In this document: positions 13,101-20,406 of the stretch, piece by piece
Layout: each line of letters opens with the position of its first letter
Position numbering within the stretch: the first letter of the stretch is position 1
Sequence record: MZ622713.1
Reading direction: 5' to 3' (one strand)
Length of the DNA: 64,000 bases
Position numbers and translations under genes: made by a program
The notes under the pieces: generated by a model
What the model saw: the letters and a program-made list of their open reading frames with translations, nothing else
What the model was told of the DNA's origin: nothing
Database searches by the model: none

Positions 13101-14675
13101 ACTTGGTCTGTGGAAGTTTACTTCTCTGAGTTCCGCCCACACACTATCGACATCGTCAATTCGAACAATGCTTGGTTGGGACAATACTCACTTATTGTAA
13201 CACCAGACAACATCATCACCGAGTTACCTTACTCGTCTAATATCGCGACCGTAGGTCAAGCAGCGACTATGGCGGTACGTGTAACTGATCAAGGTGGCTT
13301 GCCAGTAGTTGGAACTGAAGTAACAGCTCATGTGGGTGACCCTTCAAATCCAGCGGCTGTTACTGGTACAACCGACGCTCTAGGTATGCTGTCATTACTA
13401 GTTCCATCTCCAGCGGAATCTGGTGTGACCACAGTATACTTCAAGAACGGCAGTTCTGTTCTGGATGCAGCGGTTGATTGGAAACCACTTGATGTGTTGG
13501 TTGGTCGTGTCTTCCAAGACGTGATTGTACCTGAGTATGTCGATTACAACCAGACTGCTCACGTTAGTGGTAAATTGATGGATCAAAACGGTGACGTTTT
13601 ACTAGGTCGTAACCCTCGGGTTTACCATGTAAATGACAACACTATTTTGAACACAACACTGACTAAGAACGATGAAACTGGCTTCGAGTTACAAATCGCG
13701 GCATTGCCGTCTGGAACTCACCAGTTGGTACTATTCGTAGGTAACGCTGAGACTTACGAAGAAATCACGTGGGAGGTACAAATCCCATCTATCGGTAAAG
13801 TGACAGGTGCAACGTATTCAACTAAGAAAGCTCCACTAGGTGTTGATGCAACTGCGTACTTCTACGTTACTGCTCCGAACGGTGCGGTACTGGCCGATGT
13901 GCCTGTTAAGGCTTACTGGGGTAATGCTTCGGGTGAAATGATTGGTAAAGTTATGACTGATAGTACTGGTCTGGCTACTTTCACAATCCCGGGTAAAGAT
14001 GGCGAAGTTGATCGTACTGGTTCTTACACAGTTTACGCAACGGTTGGTGGTGAGTCTTCCACGGTTACTATTGAGTGGGTAGACGGACAATTGATCGGTA
14101 GCACTATGACTCGTGTGGACAGCATGGACGTAGTAGTGAGCGGGGAGAAATTCTTAGCTCGTATGTCAGTGCTTGATCAGAACGGCGACCCAATGCCAAA
14201 TCCAAACATCGTTTACTACGAACCTCGTATCCAAGTTGCACGCTCCTTCACTATTGTAGACTACCCGTCCGATGACATCGTAGTTGAATGTAGTGTTGGT
14301 TTGTTGAGCAGTAAACAAATGGTACTTGGTACTGATAACGCCGCTACACCTATTCCAATCGATTGGAACAGTTCAGTGTCGTTAATCGCTCCGGTAACCG
14401 CTAAAGTCGAACCTGCACTCCCTGCATCTAACCCAATCGGTCAAGACTTGATTGTGAAAGGTAAAGTGCTGGATGCGGAAGGTCAAGAATTCCGACCAAC
14501 GACTATCTTGTCACTGAAAGCAGTTCGTACTGACACCAGTGCTGAGACTAACATGAAGGTAATGCCTGATGGTGAATGGGCGTTTGTTGTTAATGAAGCA
14601 ACCGCAGGGGATGTGACGTATAACCTAATGTACGGCTCTACTCAGCTAACCAGCTTCACGGTGACATTCGCTTAA
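4107..14675 (+). CDS. Giant Ig-like repeat protein (3522 aa), putative virion fibre/adhesin
   Basis: RBS (AGGAAG) upstream. Roughly 35 beta-rich ~95-100 aa units with recurrent motifs (LPYS..A..G..A, TD.FGIAEF, GK..DQ.G, DGTF..E.GP, I.PDGTW). No signal peptide or TM segment evident. Confidence 0.75.
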   Translation: MAGIIKGNLLDANGDVVIPGKPVTLKAVRSDGLPDVTITTNANGDWSFEVNAEVDSTVDFTFIYNGVDVGAHAVRFYETAEVVGLPYSNSRVLFGKTATMAFAVKDPEGKGIPYADVTIHRGTEGSEPVATLKTDQFGIVTYTAPPHSVYERVDFYAKANDATGHWGVQYEDGEEEFVTKLVDFDYTQQVDVNRRLAVFGGGLESWGMMVWMPPKVLFNKDTLSEVPFNDEPVNTNHVYISTDPLPAGHHNLVFAMESEYREFVVESGNFPDEVITGTRSLYPTVENFPNLIWCLMEVNLQVDGADHRPHGLMSVTVEEDGTSTEVLVRPNGVFDYIVKGDIGDVKNFVYKNPEGEEIGTQTATVFSARVRACEYSVDTLPTLGNGKVAFAVTDPAGKPVVNAFTLVNVGHRGRELVAVSDEYGIVELTVEREPGENDTVALINVGGSNFVRYVVQFTGVSVASEFRDLDIPVQGDTVRPITVTGKVYDQGGVGIKPPRLGIFDKQSLTYQPFDATQIGNDGSFTFEYGPLAKGVHDLVIGSSGIISEKRTHWSIGFPDGLRAERMNYSTLPDAYVGDEAVVAFRASIVENALLVPVVGVPVVVYISSTTLPTVELASKETDANGIAEFVIPPELEGVELNGTYSVRGVIGPKDVTTSISWVDSREVTSGFGNLQYTAEINSGDEVVFNYRPLNQDGVEMPDYGIGLTTRDHFQIGSYVPERILNADGSRTAVFPPMEDGTYDVVLHSGNARNYLSLTWGAFAVPVPAGVLLDFNSPTAAAVGSKAVISGKVVDADGLVIKPVGDMELELRDELGTKTQIKINPDGTWSFEATSDSAKLKTYTLRSDNTTLYTHQVNFIATPTLEFTGYTGDLVDKAHKARLAVMVKDSESNGVEGILVDFDDTYHDGVQYGSILTDEFGIAEVDISFDLTTVVAPTTHQNEVTASIRHTEISDNKTVRWASDSQNSVIDIVDLVVSDNNYEGNKVNISGKLVGAINQTNNSIMWLTVFNKTTLTYEMFNGSINLDGTFNIEVGPYPLGMNQAVIASNSVVKDIGVVVTEAPVVLKEIRALPYSSTKVNKTRSATVAFAAINSLDKPMAGETIELRLGSDTGFLIESKVTDDLGIVEFSILEDAGNPSSGAIGYFAVSGGLNTSTSVDWSPTGPVVELFEGFESTSKVSGGQKGLIKLAARYHESFTSGIPATDPNGKVTPWETMSYMANPSIGVFDKRTLKPLAFEVVNPGINVAGEEFVLITVDAQPDGVYDLVVYDDNVAEQVTMTWNANYTLLKPNNFQTLGNVSTEFVANTTTQWLDGTATGSDNAPIELTGYLTAIIAGNEEHPVWITPTGRFVTKLVESRPAGTWAADFKVDGEVVSTVDIKFHDQMVVTLLPYTTPNPAKGKDAVIAAVLKDGLGEPIADACVTFTPGARSGWGKQVNLKSNFNGVVETTWTYDDAYPEFTLQTGVNGGKAGEAKLMRWVETPELTGDSFETLVVPEKNVGDAKATITGKILDQDGNPYSNGELVMFNKTTMESLSLTDAIQVDGTFTTETGPYPFNTYELIFATRGNVDRRYSTWGGSGILASITIDPDSPTRGLLGDNITIFGTSTDTIGTPFIPDEGFYELDVVNDKNEEILPVVIDGTGVWRFNATHDVEETITYTFKDGETVLASHSVEFFVGAGTLRDFKVNNTVAAIDETFTLTGEVYNTDNQLYRPVAEEAFVLRLDETTSFIGSINPDGTFDVDVTHDTVETLTYTFNYLETDYNTVDVRWCQTITLSFNGDSQPKAVIGNDAYVSVKVVDENGIAPEGRIVEFYEGDVSGTPLHSEVVGTSYVGYWPAAATVEGDVTIIAKLGEREIPMTLTWVGNSPQIAARFGRETTTAGFVVDRLPASGKSATLRGKIVDQLGAALAGPQYLKLFERTTFTLTDVSDQVQADGTFDIEIPAQADGVYEYSLTTEGDSGHTGTVKWDPANEDLKTVVLNGSVPTSVNVGSTIMLEGTIQDSDGATIAPADSLTANVTTSEGSNYDITITPTGTWQLGYTFSDPGVVLFDFHTSKGKYLGSVAISVAMEPPTFTSIRFDEGLETEGTVGTPVNLRMTTLDQYGDPIGNVSVRPYVNGEPGYAFRSPPDGAWGMDVNSDVAGEVLYQYGWEPNVPLVGHTVLWKLPVSSIESLRYSDSNAVPGQDAFAAFAALNAAGEGIEGVPITLHLDNASGTEHATVTTDSFGIAEFTIPQSGTDSSRLVYAKYGDVVKERRQWWASSATSPATGFANLTITSPVPNGERAMVSVQAVSKDGDPRPLASIGVFDRNTLDQVTVNKVSTGESKSFLLDFAGTGTGNYILVTDAGRTDFTVTWDDSVKKNPDGLIFDATSPDAFAVNVWTRISGNLTEGGVPVTDLNSYVKPTVTVGGVETYLDVNLDTGAFSAMVRGTAEGDSTYTFKLNDNVVATKTYKVVDAVTFGDMDVLTTTAPKVYQAADVGVVVKDGAGNSIPGVYVTWSVTGEAEPRGTSKSDEDGIATFSIPYILGTSTMEVVATVNSVTSATTVTWKASNELSDVDFETLVVPTEIYDLEKATITGKVINQSSEGTTTTKFDVYHRDMLTYTSHAADVQPDGTFSFEIGPFDIGVNHFYFCINGKREARDITVMERTDPKLSTVELDESNPTEGNSSEVLTVSGTGYDQYGELYPNGEVQWSIGGDAQPPLMTGPDGKFSTQVTNNADGPVVYSFGGNDGIPARELTITWTIVNLYSFGFTGPSHIKRTQGDAARLEVYLTDENGAGVSNASVVLKDKATGATLTTMTTNSRGTANYNVSYKSGENVRTIVATYDTMTAEHEVVWVPATTKYAAGFSSLYMDTRIASGKKATIRGKLADQDGNPITTATKVGVFNTVNLDDIDITDRIQPDGTFEYEYGPVADGTFSTFVYTDGGYKSGVLVWSTSNQDIKRVVFDEDIPRMAPGNGRVMLHGTLVDTEGNKVIPKYTTACTAYADGGQTFTGSITTSGTWSVEVYFSEFRPHTIDIVNSNNAWLGQYSLIVTPDNIITELPYSSNIATVGQAATMAVRVTDQGGLPVVGTEVTAHVGDPSNPAAVTGTTDALGMLSLLVPSPAESGVTTVYFKNGSSVLDAAVDWKPLDVLVGRVFQDVIVPEYVDYNQTAHVSGKLMDQNGDVLLGRNPRVYHVNDNTILNTTLTKNDETGFELQIAALPSGTHQLVLFVGNAETYEEITWEVQIPSIGKVTGATYSTKKAPLGVDATAYFYVTAPNGAVLADVPVKAYWGNASGEMIGKVMTDSTGLATFTIPGKDGEVDRTGSYTVYATVGGESSTVTIEWVDGQLIGSTMTRVDSMDVVVSGEKFLARMSVLDQNGDPMPNPNIVYYEPRIQVARSFTIVDYPSDDIVVECSVGLLSSKQMVLGTDNAATPIPIDWNSSVSLIAPVTAKVEPALPASNPIGQDLIVKGKVLDAEGQEFRPTTILSLKAVRTDTSAETNMKVMPDGEWAFVVNEATAGDVTYNLMYGSTQLTSFTVTFA

Positions 14676-14702
14676 TACTTGAGTGTTAAATCTGTAAAGA
14701 CA

Positions 14703-14740
14703 ATAACTCGGGTAGGTTAGACCTACCCGAGTTATCTTTA
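14703..14740 (+). terminator. Intrinsic terminator
   Basis: Perfect 15-bp stem ATAACTCGGGTAGGT/ACCTACCCGAGTTAT with a 3-nt loop, followed by CTTTAT, just after the stop of the 3522-aa gene. Confidence 0.8.
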
Positions 14741-14840
14741 TGTTTACGTCGTGGATATATACCGCGATGGGAATTTTATTGAATCAAACAGGCGACTAGG
14801 TTTATGACTTAGTATGTGAAACAAACAAAGGAAGATACTA

Positions 14841-17800
14841 ATGGCGGGTGTTATTAGAGGAAACTTGTTAAACGGTGATGTTGCGGTAAATCCTGAGGGG
14901 CCCGTCAATCTCACTTTGAAGCGAGACGATGGTCTTCCAGATACCGAGGTCACAACAGACGCTCAAGGTAACTGGGAAGTGACGGTCGAATCTGCTGCTA
15001 AGAAGAAGGTGAAGTTTTCTTTCTTCGATAAAAGTAAAGCACTAGGTGAACACGAAGTAGAGTTCATCAAGCAGTTGGAAGTTATCCCTGCTGGCGGTAA
15101 GTACACCACGGACAATGTAAACTATTTCTTTGGTCGTTTAGTAGACGAGAACATGGTCGGGTTACCCAACATCACCATCAACTGTACTTACATGTTTGAT
15201 AGTGATGGCATCTGGCAGGAAGATGAAGCGACTACGGATGCTAACGGGTTCTTCTACTTCTACCGTAGCGGCATGCCAGCGGAAGCTACTTCCCTAACAG
15301 TTACTTTCACTTACGGTGAACTTACCGATACGTTGGTTTATCCTCTTTTAGATGGATTCGTGCCACGTTACTTCTCGGAAGTATTCACTCCGTTTGAAGT
15401 TAAGACCGGTGAACCAATGACCGCTTACGGTCGCATCTTTACTGATTATTCCAACCCACAACCGTTTACTGAAGGTGAGAAATTCCTAGGGCACTTCACA
15501 GACAACGTGTTGGAATATAAAGAGGATTCAGATAAACTATCGGACACTGGTAGCTTTGGTGTTTCATTGGATGGTTTGAAAGGCACTCTGTTTTGTAACA
15601 ACGGCATTCAACGAGTCAGTACTGTTGTGAACGATTCAGTGGTCATGCCTGCTTTAGTTCGTTTCTCACCACGTACCATGTTCCTAACTCCGGGGAGCGG
15701 TAGCTGGGAAGTGTCCTTCCGTACCTTTGGTCCGGATTACACCACTCCAACCACTATGTTGAGTGAGTTACGTTGGACTGACTTTGATAATTCTCGTTAC
15801 ACTCAAGATAGCAGTCATGAATCAGACTGGACTGGTTACAACTGGGTATCTCCACAACAGGGCTGTGTTAAACACACTTTGTTCTGTCGTGGTCGTGTAG
15901 TTGGTGAAGAATTCTATTTCCACCATGTTACTGGCAACACCCTAAACGTGGCAGCTGGTACTCGCAACTTCGTTGAAGTGGGTTCTGATTGTGTCATTCG
16001 CACACTCCTAGCTGATAACGAAGGTAAGGGTATCGCAGGAGAAACAGTTCAGTACTACATTGATGGCGTACTGAGTGGTTCAGGTGTTACTGACCAATAC
16101 GGTCTTACTGAAATCACTGTACCGGGTCTTGCTGAATCTGGTCGTAAACACGTAATGGCAGCATGGGGTGAATTAAAGATCACAGTCTATGCTGACTGGG
16201 TACCGGTAGAGAGAAAGATCGTTGCTAAGAGCATCACGTGTCCTTTCATCACTCCGATTCGTAAACGCGGTCATACGGTTAACTTCTTTAGCCCTATCAA
16301 CTCTGATGGTGAAGAATTTAACCTAACGCCGATCAATACCTACGAAGGTATGGCTATCCAGTATTTTGACGACCCTTACTACCGTCAATACGCTGATACC
16401 GATAACGACATGAACTGTATTCGTATCTCACGCGGTAACACTGCTGGTAAAACCCGCATGGCAATGAGCTGTGACGAGTTCCATACAGAAAAAGATGTAG
16501 TCATTGATAAAGTGGCTGGCATTAACCCTTTGATTTACGCACCGGGTACTTCTGCGGTTGGTCGTACGTTGACTACAGGCTGGCGATTACTGGATGCTGA
16601 TCTTAACCCAATGGTTGGTGAAGATATCCAAGTGTGGATCGACATCAAGTCTGGTGACCCAGCGCAAACACTTACTACTGACAAATACGGCATCGTTCAT
16701 ATCGACGTTCCTTATGAATCAGGTAAGAACATCCGTAAAGCCTTTGCTAAGCACGGTGCAGACGAACACGAGTTAGAACTTTATTGGACTGACCGTAACG
16801 TAGCTTGTGATATTGAACTGACCTTCCCAACGGAAGTGTTTATTGGAGAAAGCTTTACAGTAGACCCAACCACTAAGAACCAACACGGTGAGGTGGTCAC
16901 AGTAGCTAACCCGGCGTTGTACTGGATTGGTACTGGTTACCAGTTTGGTGTTTATCAGAAGGGTGCTCACGAAGATGTCGTTTACGGCGATAACGTGAGT
17001 TCGGCTGTTGATGTTAGCGTTTCAGGTGAAGAAGGTGAACACACTTTCGTATTCTACACGGATGGTGGCTTCAAAGAGTTTACGGTCAATGCGACAAAAC
17101 GTCCTGTTCGTGACGCGAGTGTCATTTGGTACGGTACTGGTAAAGTTCCACCGGGTGAACAAGGGTTATCTGCTTTCTCTATCACTGATAGTGAAGGCAA
17201 CGGTGTTCCGGGTGTTGAGGTATCGTTAACTAACAAGCAACTTGGTACGTTAGTAGGTACAGTGACCACAGATGAATTTGGTATTGCTGAGTTCTATCAT
17301 ACAGTACCAACCACTGAAGGTAACTATGACTTCGAGATCTCTGTTGTAGGCGCTCCTCCAACGTATGTTTATCACACCATCTGGGTGACGGACCGAGACT
17401 ACATTCCAAATGAATTCCGTGACTTCATGATCACTGACGGTGTAGCACTCAACCAAGGTCAGATTGCTAGCTTCACTATTTGGAACAACGGTGGTCTGCA
17501 AGTAACTGAAAGCATGCCTTACGTTAGCTGTTTCATTAAAGAAACGTTAACCGAAATTAGTGGTTACACTAACTGGGTGGATGGTAAAGGTACGTCAGTA
17601 TTTAACCACAACATCCCAGCCGGCACTTACACTGCCGTGTTCTTTGCTAATAATGCTCGTGTTACTAAGTCGATCACATGGGATAACCGTGCTAACCCTA
17701 ACCCAACCAGCTTTGAGTATATTGGTGGAAAACCTAAAGTGCTTGATAGCTCAAGCGACACGATCACACGACTACGTGCATTGGATGCGGAAGGTAACAC

Positions 17801-20318
17801 CTTCATTCCTGCGGGTCTGAAAGAGTTCTTTGTAAGCAAGCCTAGTCAAGAACGTGTTGGTAATGGTTTCATTGGTCCTGAAGGTATTTTGGAAATCCGA
17901 TGGAGACCGTCAATGCCAGCAGGTGAAGCGACGTTTAACTTCGAAATGGGTGGTGAAATATACTACACATTAGACGTTAATCTAATCACGGGTGCAGTAG
18001 TGAAAGTTCTTCCTTATACTCTCGCTTATCCGGTGGTTGGGAACGACGTACTCACAGGTGCTTATTTGGTTGACGCTAATGACGTTCCTGTAGAAGGTGC
18101 GCCTGTTAAACTGACAAACACTCAGAATGGTAAATTGATCGCTGAAGGACTGACTAACGAGTTTGGTGTTATCGAAGGTATCTTGGCTTACGATGCAACT
18201 CAATCTGTAGCACGTGTTAGTGCGACGTTTGGTCAATCTAGTCACTTCATGATGCCTCAGTGGGTGGATGCTGATCGTCCTCGTCCTGTTGAGATTCGTT
18301 TGACGAATCCACCAACAACAGTAGAAGCCGGTGCTTCAGTGAAACTGCTTGGTCAGGTTTACGATCAAGACGGAACTTCATTCGGTTTTACTCAGTTCAA
18401 GACCTTTGAGTTGAGAAAATACGAAATGATCAACCGTAGTACTAACTCTTCTGGTGGTGTTGATCTAAGCTTCAGTGGTTCGCTGGATGGTGCAAACATC
18501 TACGTGATTTACACTGACAGTGGTTTAGTGAAACATACGGTGAATGCTGCTTCGGCTCCTGCTTCGGCTGAGTTAGTGAATGGTCCAGTTCCTACCGTTC
18601 TGTTCGGACAACCAGCAACAGTTGAACTTCAAGTTAAAGATGCGGGTGGTAACAACTTTATCCCTAGCGCTGAAACCAAAGTCAACCTACTTGCTAAGAG
18701 TGGTCGTTACCAGCATTACAATGCAGTTATTGGTGAAGATGGTAAAGTTACTGTTCCTCTTTATACCGACGGGTACACAACAGAAACTTACGTCCTAGCT
18801 AATGAAGCGATGGATACTTCGTTACTGGAATTCCCGGTATCTCACGAAGTATTGAGCTTGACTCGCATGAGTAGTGCGTCCGTTGAACCTCGAGCTAGCC
18901 AAGATGGTACAGTCCAGTGTTCTGTGTTTGGTCTGAACAACTACATGCTTCAAGGTATCTTGGTTGAAGTTTATGAAACGACTTCTGGTGAAACTTTCAT
19001 TACGAAAGGCGTGACTGGTGAATACGGTTGGGTGGAACTAACTATCCCGACGAAGAACCAAGCCGGTACACGTAACTTCAAAATGAAGGTAGCTGGTAAA
19101 GAACATGACTTCAGTATCGATTGGGTAGAAGACACCACTTTACGTCCTGCTTCGGTTACTTGGACTAAGAAACCAGATGCGGGTACTGTGGATGATGGTG
19201 CTATATACCAAGGTACGTTGTTGGATCAATACGGTGACCCACTACCTAACGTCAACATTGTTTTGAACAACAAGACGTGGGAACGTGGTGAGAACTCTTG
19301 GAACGATGTTGGTTCTGATGGTACATTTGAATTCGAAGTATGGCCTGACGCTGGTGTACATCACTTCTCTGCGTTGTTTGGTGGCTTGCTATTGAACTTA
19401 GATGTTAACATCACAGCACCTAACTACATCGAGATTTCTCCACTATCAGTCTTCCTAGTTCCTTGGGAAGAAGAAGCTAACCTTGCGGTTATTTACACTG
19501 GTACAGACGGAAGTTACGTACCGGGTGTGGAGATAACTTACCGTAAGGGTTCTGAAACTGGTGAGATCATCGGTACAGCTACAACGGATGCATCTGGTAC
19601 TGCTGAGCTTAAACTGACATGGGCAGAAGCACAACAACACAAAGGCAACATTCACATCTCTGGTCCTAACGGAGCGAGTCGTGTTCGTATGCTGGAAGTG
19701 GCGGTTAACTCTTCGGCCATGATGTGGCGTGCTCAACCTGTTTGGATTCCTACTCACATTCACCCTACTCAAACCGTAGTGTTATCGGGTATGGCTGTGG
19801 ATAAAGATAATAATCCTAAGACAGGCTTGCGTGCAGCGGTCCACTTGGTTGACCCTGTAACGGGTAAATCTGATAAAGTGTACTCGTCTAGCAATGACAA
19901 CGAGTTCTTCGAAATGGTGATCGAACCAAAACGTTACGAACTCAATAAGAAGTACATCCTAGTCCACGGTAGTGAACGTACTGAGGCTGTCATCTCTTGG
20001 GGTGGCGTCAACAAACCAGTGTACGGTGACGTTAAAGTAGCTTCGGTTCCTTCGAGCTATGTCGCTGGTGAAGCCTTTACTATTACGGGTACTGCTAAAG
20101 GTCCGGGTGGTGTTCCTTGGTCTCCAGAGTTCGGTACGCTGAACTTGAAAGCTGAGGTCATCAAAGGCTACGTCCCACAAAGCTCGGCAACTGCTACGGT
20201 AGATGACCAAGGTAACTGGGAAATGACTATCACAATTCCTACTACAGGTGAACACATGATCTGGTTCCTAACGGAAGACAACGGATACTGCGACCGTAGA
20301 GATGCGTGGGTGGTCTAA
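14841..20318 (+). CDS. Large Ig-like repeat protein (1825 aa), paralog of 4107-14675
   Basis: RBS AAGGAAG. The N-terminus MAGVIRGNLL...DGLPD...GNW matches MAGIIKGNLL...DGLPD...GDW of the previous gene, and it carries the same repeat motifs. Confidence 0.75.
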   Translation: MAGVIRGNLLNGDVAVNPEGPVNLTLKRDDGLPDTEVTTDAQGNWEVTVESAAKKKVKFSFFDKSKALGEHEVEFIKQLEVIPAGGKYTTDNVNYFFGRLVDENMVGLPNITINCTYMFDSDGIWQEDEATTDANGFFYFYRSGMPAEATSLTVTFTYGELTDTLVYPLLDGFVPRYFSEVFTPFEVKTGEPMTAYGRIFTDYSNPQPFTEGEKFLGHFTDNVLEYKEDSDKLSDTGSFGVSLDGLKGTLFCNNGIQRVSTVVNDSVVMPALVRFSPRTMFLTPGSGSWEVSFRTFGPDYTTPTTMLSELRWTDFDNSRYTQDSSHESDWTGYNWVSPQQGCVKHTLFCRGRVVGEEFYFHHVTGNTLNVAAGTRNFVEVGSDCVIRTLLADNEGKGIAGETVQYYIDGVLSGSGVTDQYGLTEITVPGLAESGRKHVMAAWGELKITVYADWVPVERKIVAKSITCPFITPIRKRGHTVNFFSPINSDGEEFNLTPINTYEGMAIQYFDDPYYRQYADTDNDMNCIRISRGNTAGKTRMAMSCDEFHTEKDVVIDKVAGINPLIYAPGTSAVGRTLTTGWRLLDADLNPMVGEDIQVWIDIKSGDPAQTLTTDKYGIVHIDVPYESGKNIRKAFAKHGADEHELELYWTDRNVACDIELTFPTEVFIGESFTVDPTTKNQHGEVVTVANPALYWIGTGYQFGVYQKGAHEDVVYGDNVSSAVDVSVSGEEGEHTFVFYTDGGFKEFTVNATKRPVRDASVIWYGTGKVPPGEQGLSAFSITDSEGNGVPGVEVSLTNKQLGTLVGTVTTDEFGIAEFYHTVPTTEGNYDFEISVVGAPPTYVYHTIWVTDRDYIPNEFRDFMITDGVALNQGQIASFTIWNNGGLQVTESMPYVSCFIKETLTEISGYTNWVDGKGTSVFNHNIPAGTYTAVFFANNARVTKSITWDNRANPNPTSFEYIGGKPKVLDSSSDTITRLRALDAEGNTFIPAGLKEFFVSKPSQERVGNGFIGPEGILEIRWRPSMPAGEATFNFEMGGEIYYTLDVNLITGAVVKVLPYTLAYPVVGNDVLTGAYLVDANDVPVEGAPVKLTNTQNGKLIAEGLTNEFGVIEGILAYDATQSVARVSATFGQSSHFMMPQWVDADRPRPVEIRLTNPPTTVEAGASVKLLGQVYDQDGTSFGFTQFKTFELRKYEMINRSTNSSGGVDLSFSGSLDGANIYVIYTDSGLVKHTVNAASAPASAELVNGPVPTVLFGQPATVELQVKDAGGNNFIPSAETKVNLLAKSGRYQHYNAVIGEDGKVTVPLYTDGYTTETYVLANEAMDTSLLEFPVSHEVLSLTRMSSASVEPRASQDGTVQCSVFGLNNYMLQGILVEVYETTSGETFITKGVTGEYGWVELTIPTKNQAGTRNFKMKVAGKEHDFSIDWVEDTTLRPASVTWTKKPDAGTVDDGAIYQGTLLDQYGDPLPNVNIVLNNKTWERGENSWNDVGSDGTFEFEVWPDAGVHHFSALFGGLLLNLDVNITAPNYIEISPLSVFLVPWEEEANLAVIYTGTDGSYVPGVEITYRKGSETGEIIGTATTDASGTAELKLTWAEAQQHKGNIHISGPNGASRVRMLEVAVNSSAMMWRAQPVWIPTHIHPTQTVVLSGMAVDKDNNPKTGLRAAVHLVDPVTGKSDKVYSSSNDNEFFEMVIEPKRYELNKKYILVHGSERTEAVISWGGVNKPVYGDVKVASVPSSYVAGEAFTITGTAKGPGGVPWSPEFGTLNLKAEVIKGYVPQSSATATVDDQGNWEMTITIPTTGEHMIWFLTEDNGYCDRRDAWVV

Positions 20319-20328
20319 CAACTAAACT

Positions 20329-20366
20329 ATAACCTAGGGTGGCTCAAGGCCACCCTAGGTTATTTA
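20329..20366 (+). terminator. Intrinsic terminator
   Basis: 15-bp stem ATAACCTAGGGTGGC/GCCACCCTAGGTTAT immediately after the stop codon. Confidence 0.75.
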
Positions 20367-20406
20367 GGCATCGTATAGACCCTAGCCGTTTAGCAAGGAG
20401 TTATCA

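Noticed and set aside
1007-20255. Many 60-200 aa alternative-frame and antisense ORFs inside the three Ig-repeat genes
   Set aside because: They lack an RBS, have no recognisable motifs and are explained as shadows of the biased codon usage of the long ORFs.
4107-20318. Diversity-generating retroelement target or DNA-level tandem repeats in the fibre genes
   Set aside because: No near-identical TR/VR pair and no reverse transcriptase in the window; the repeats are visible only at protein level.
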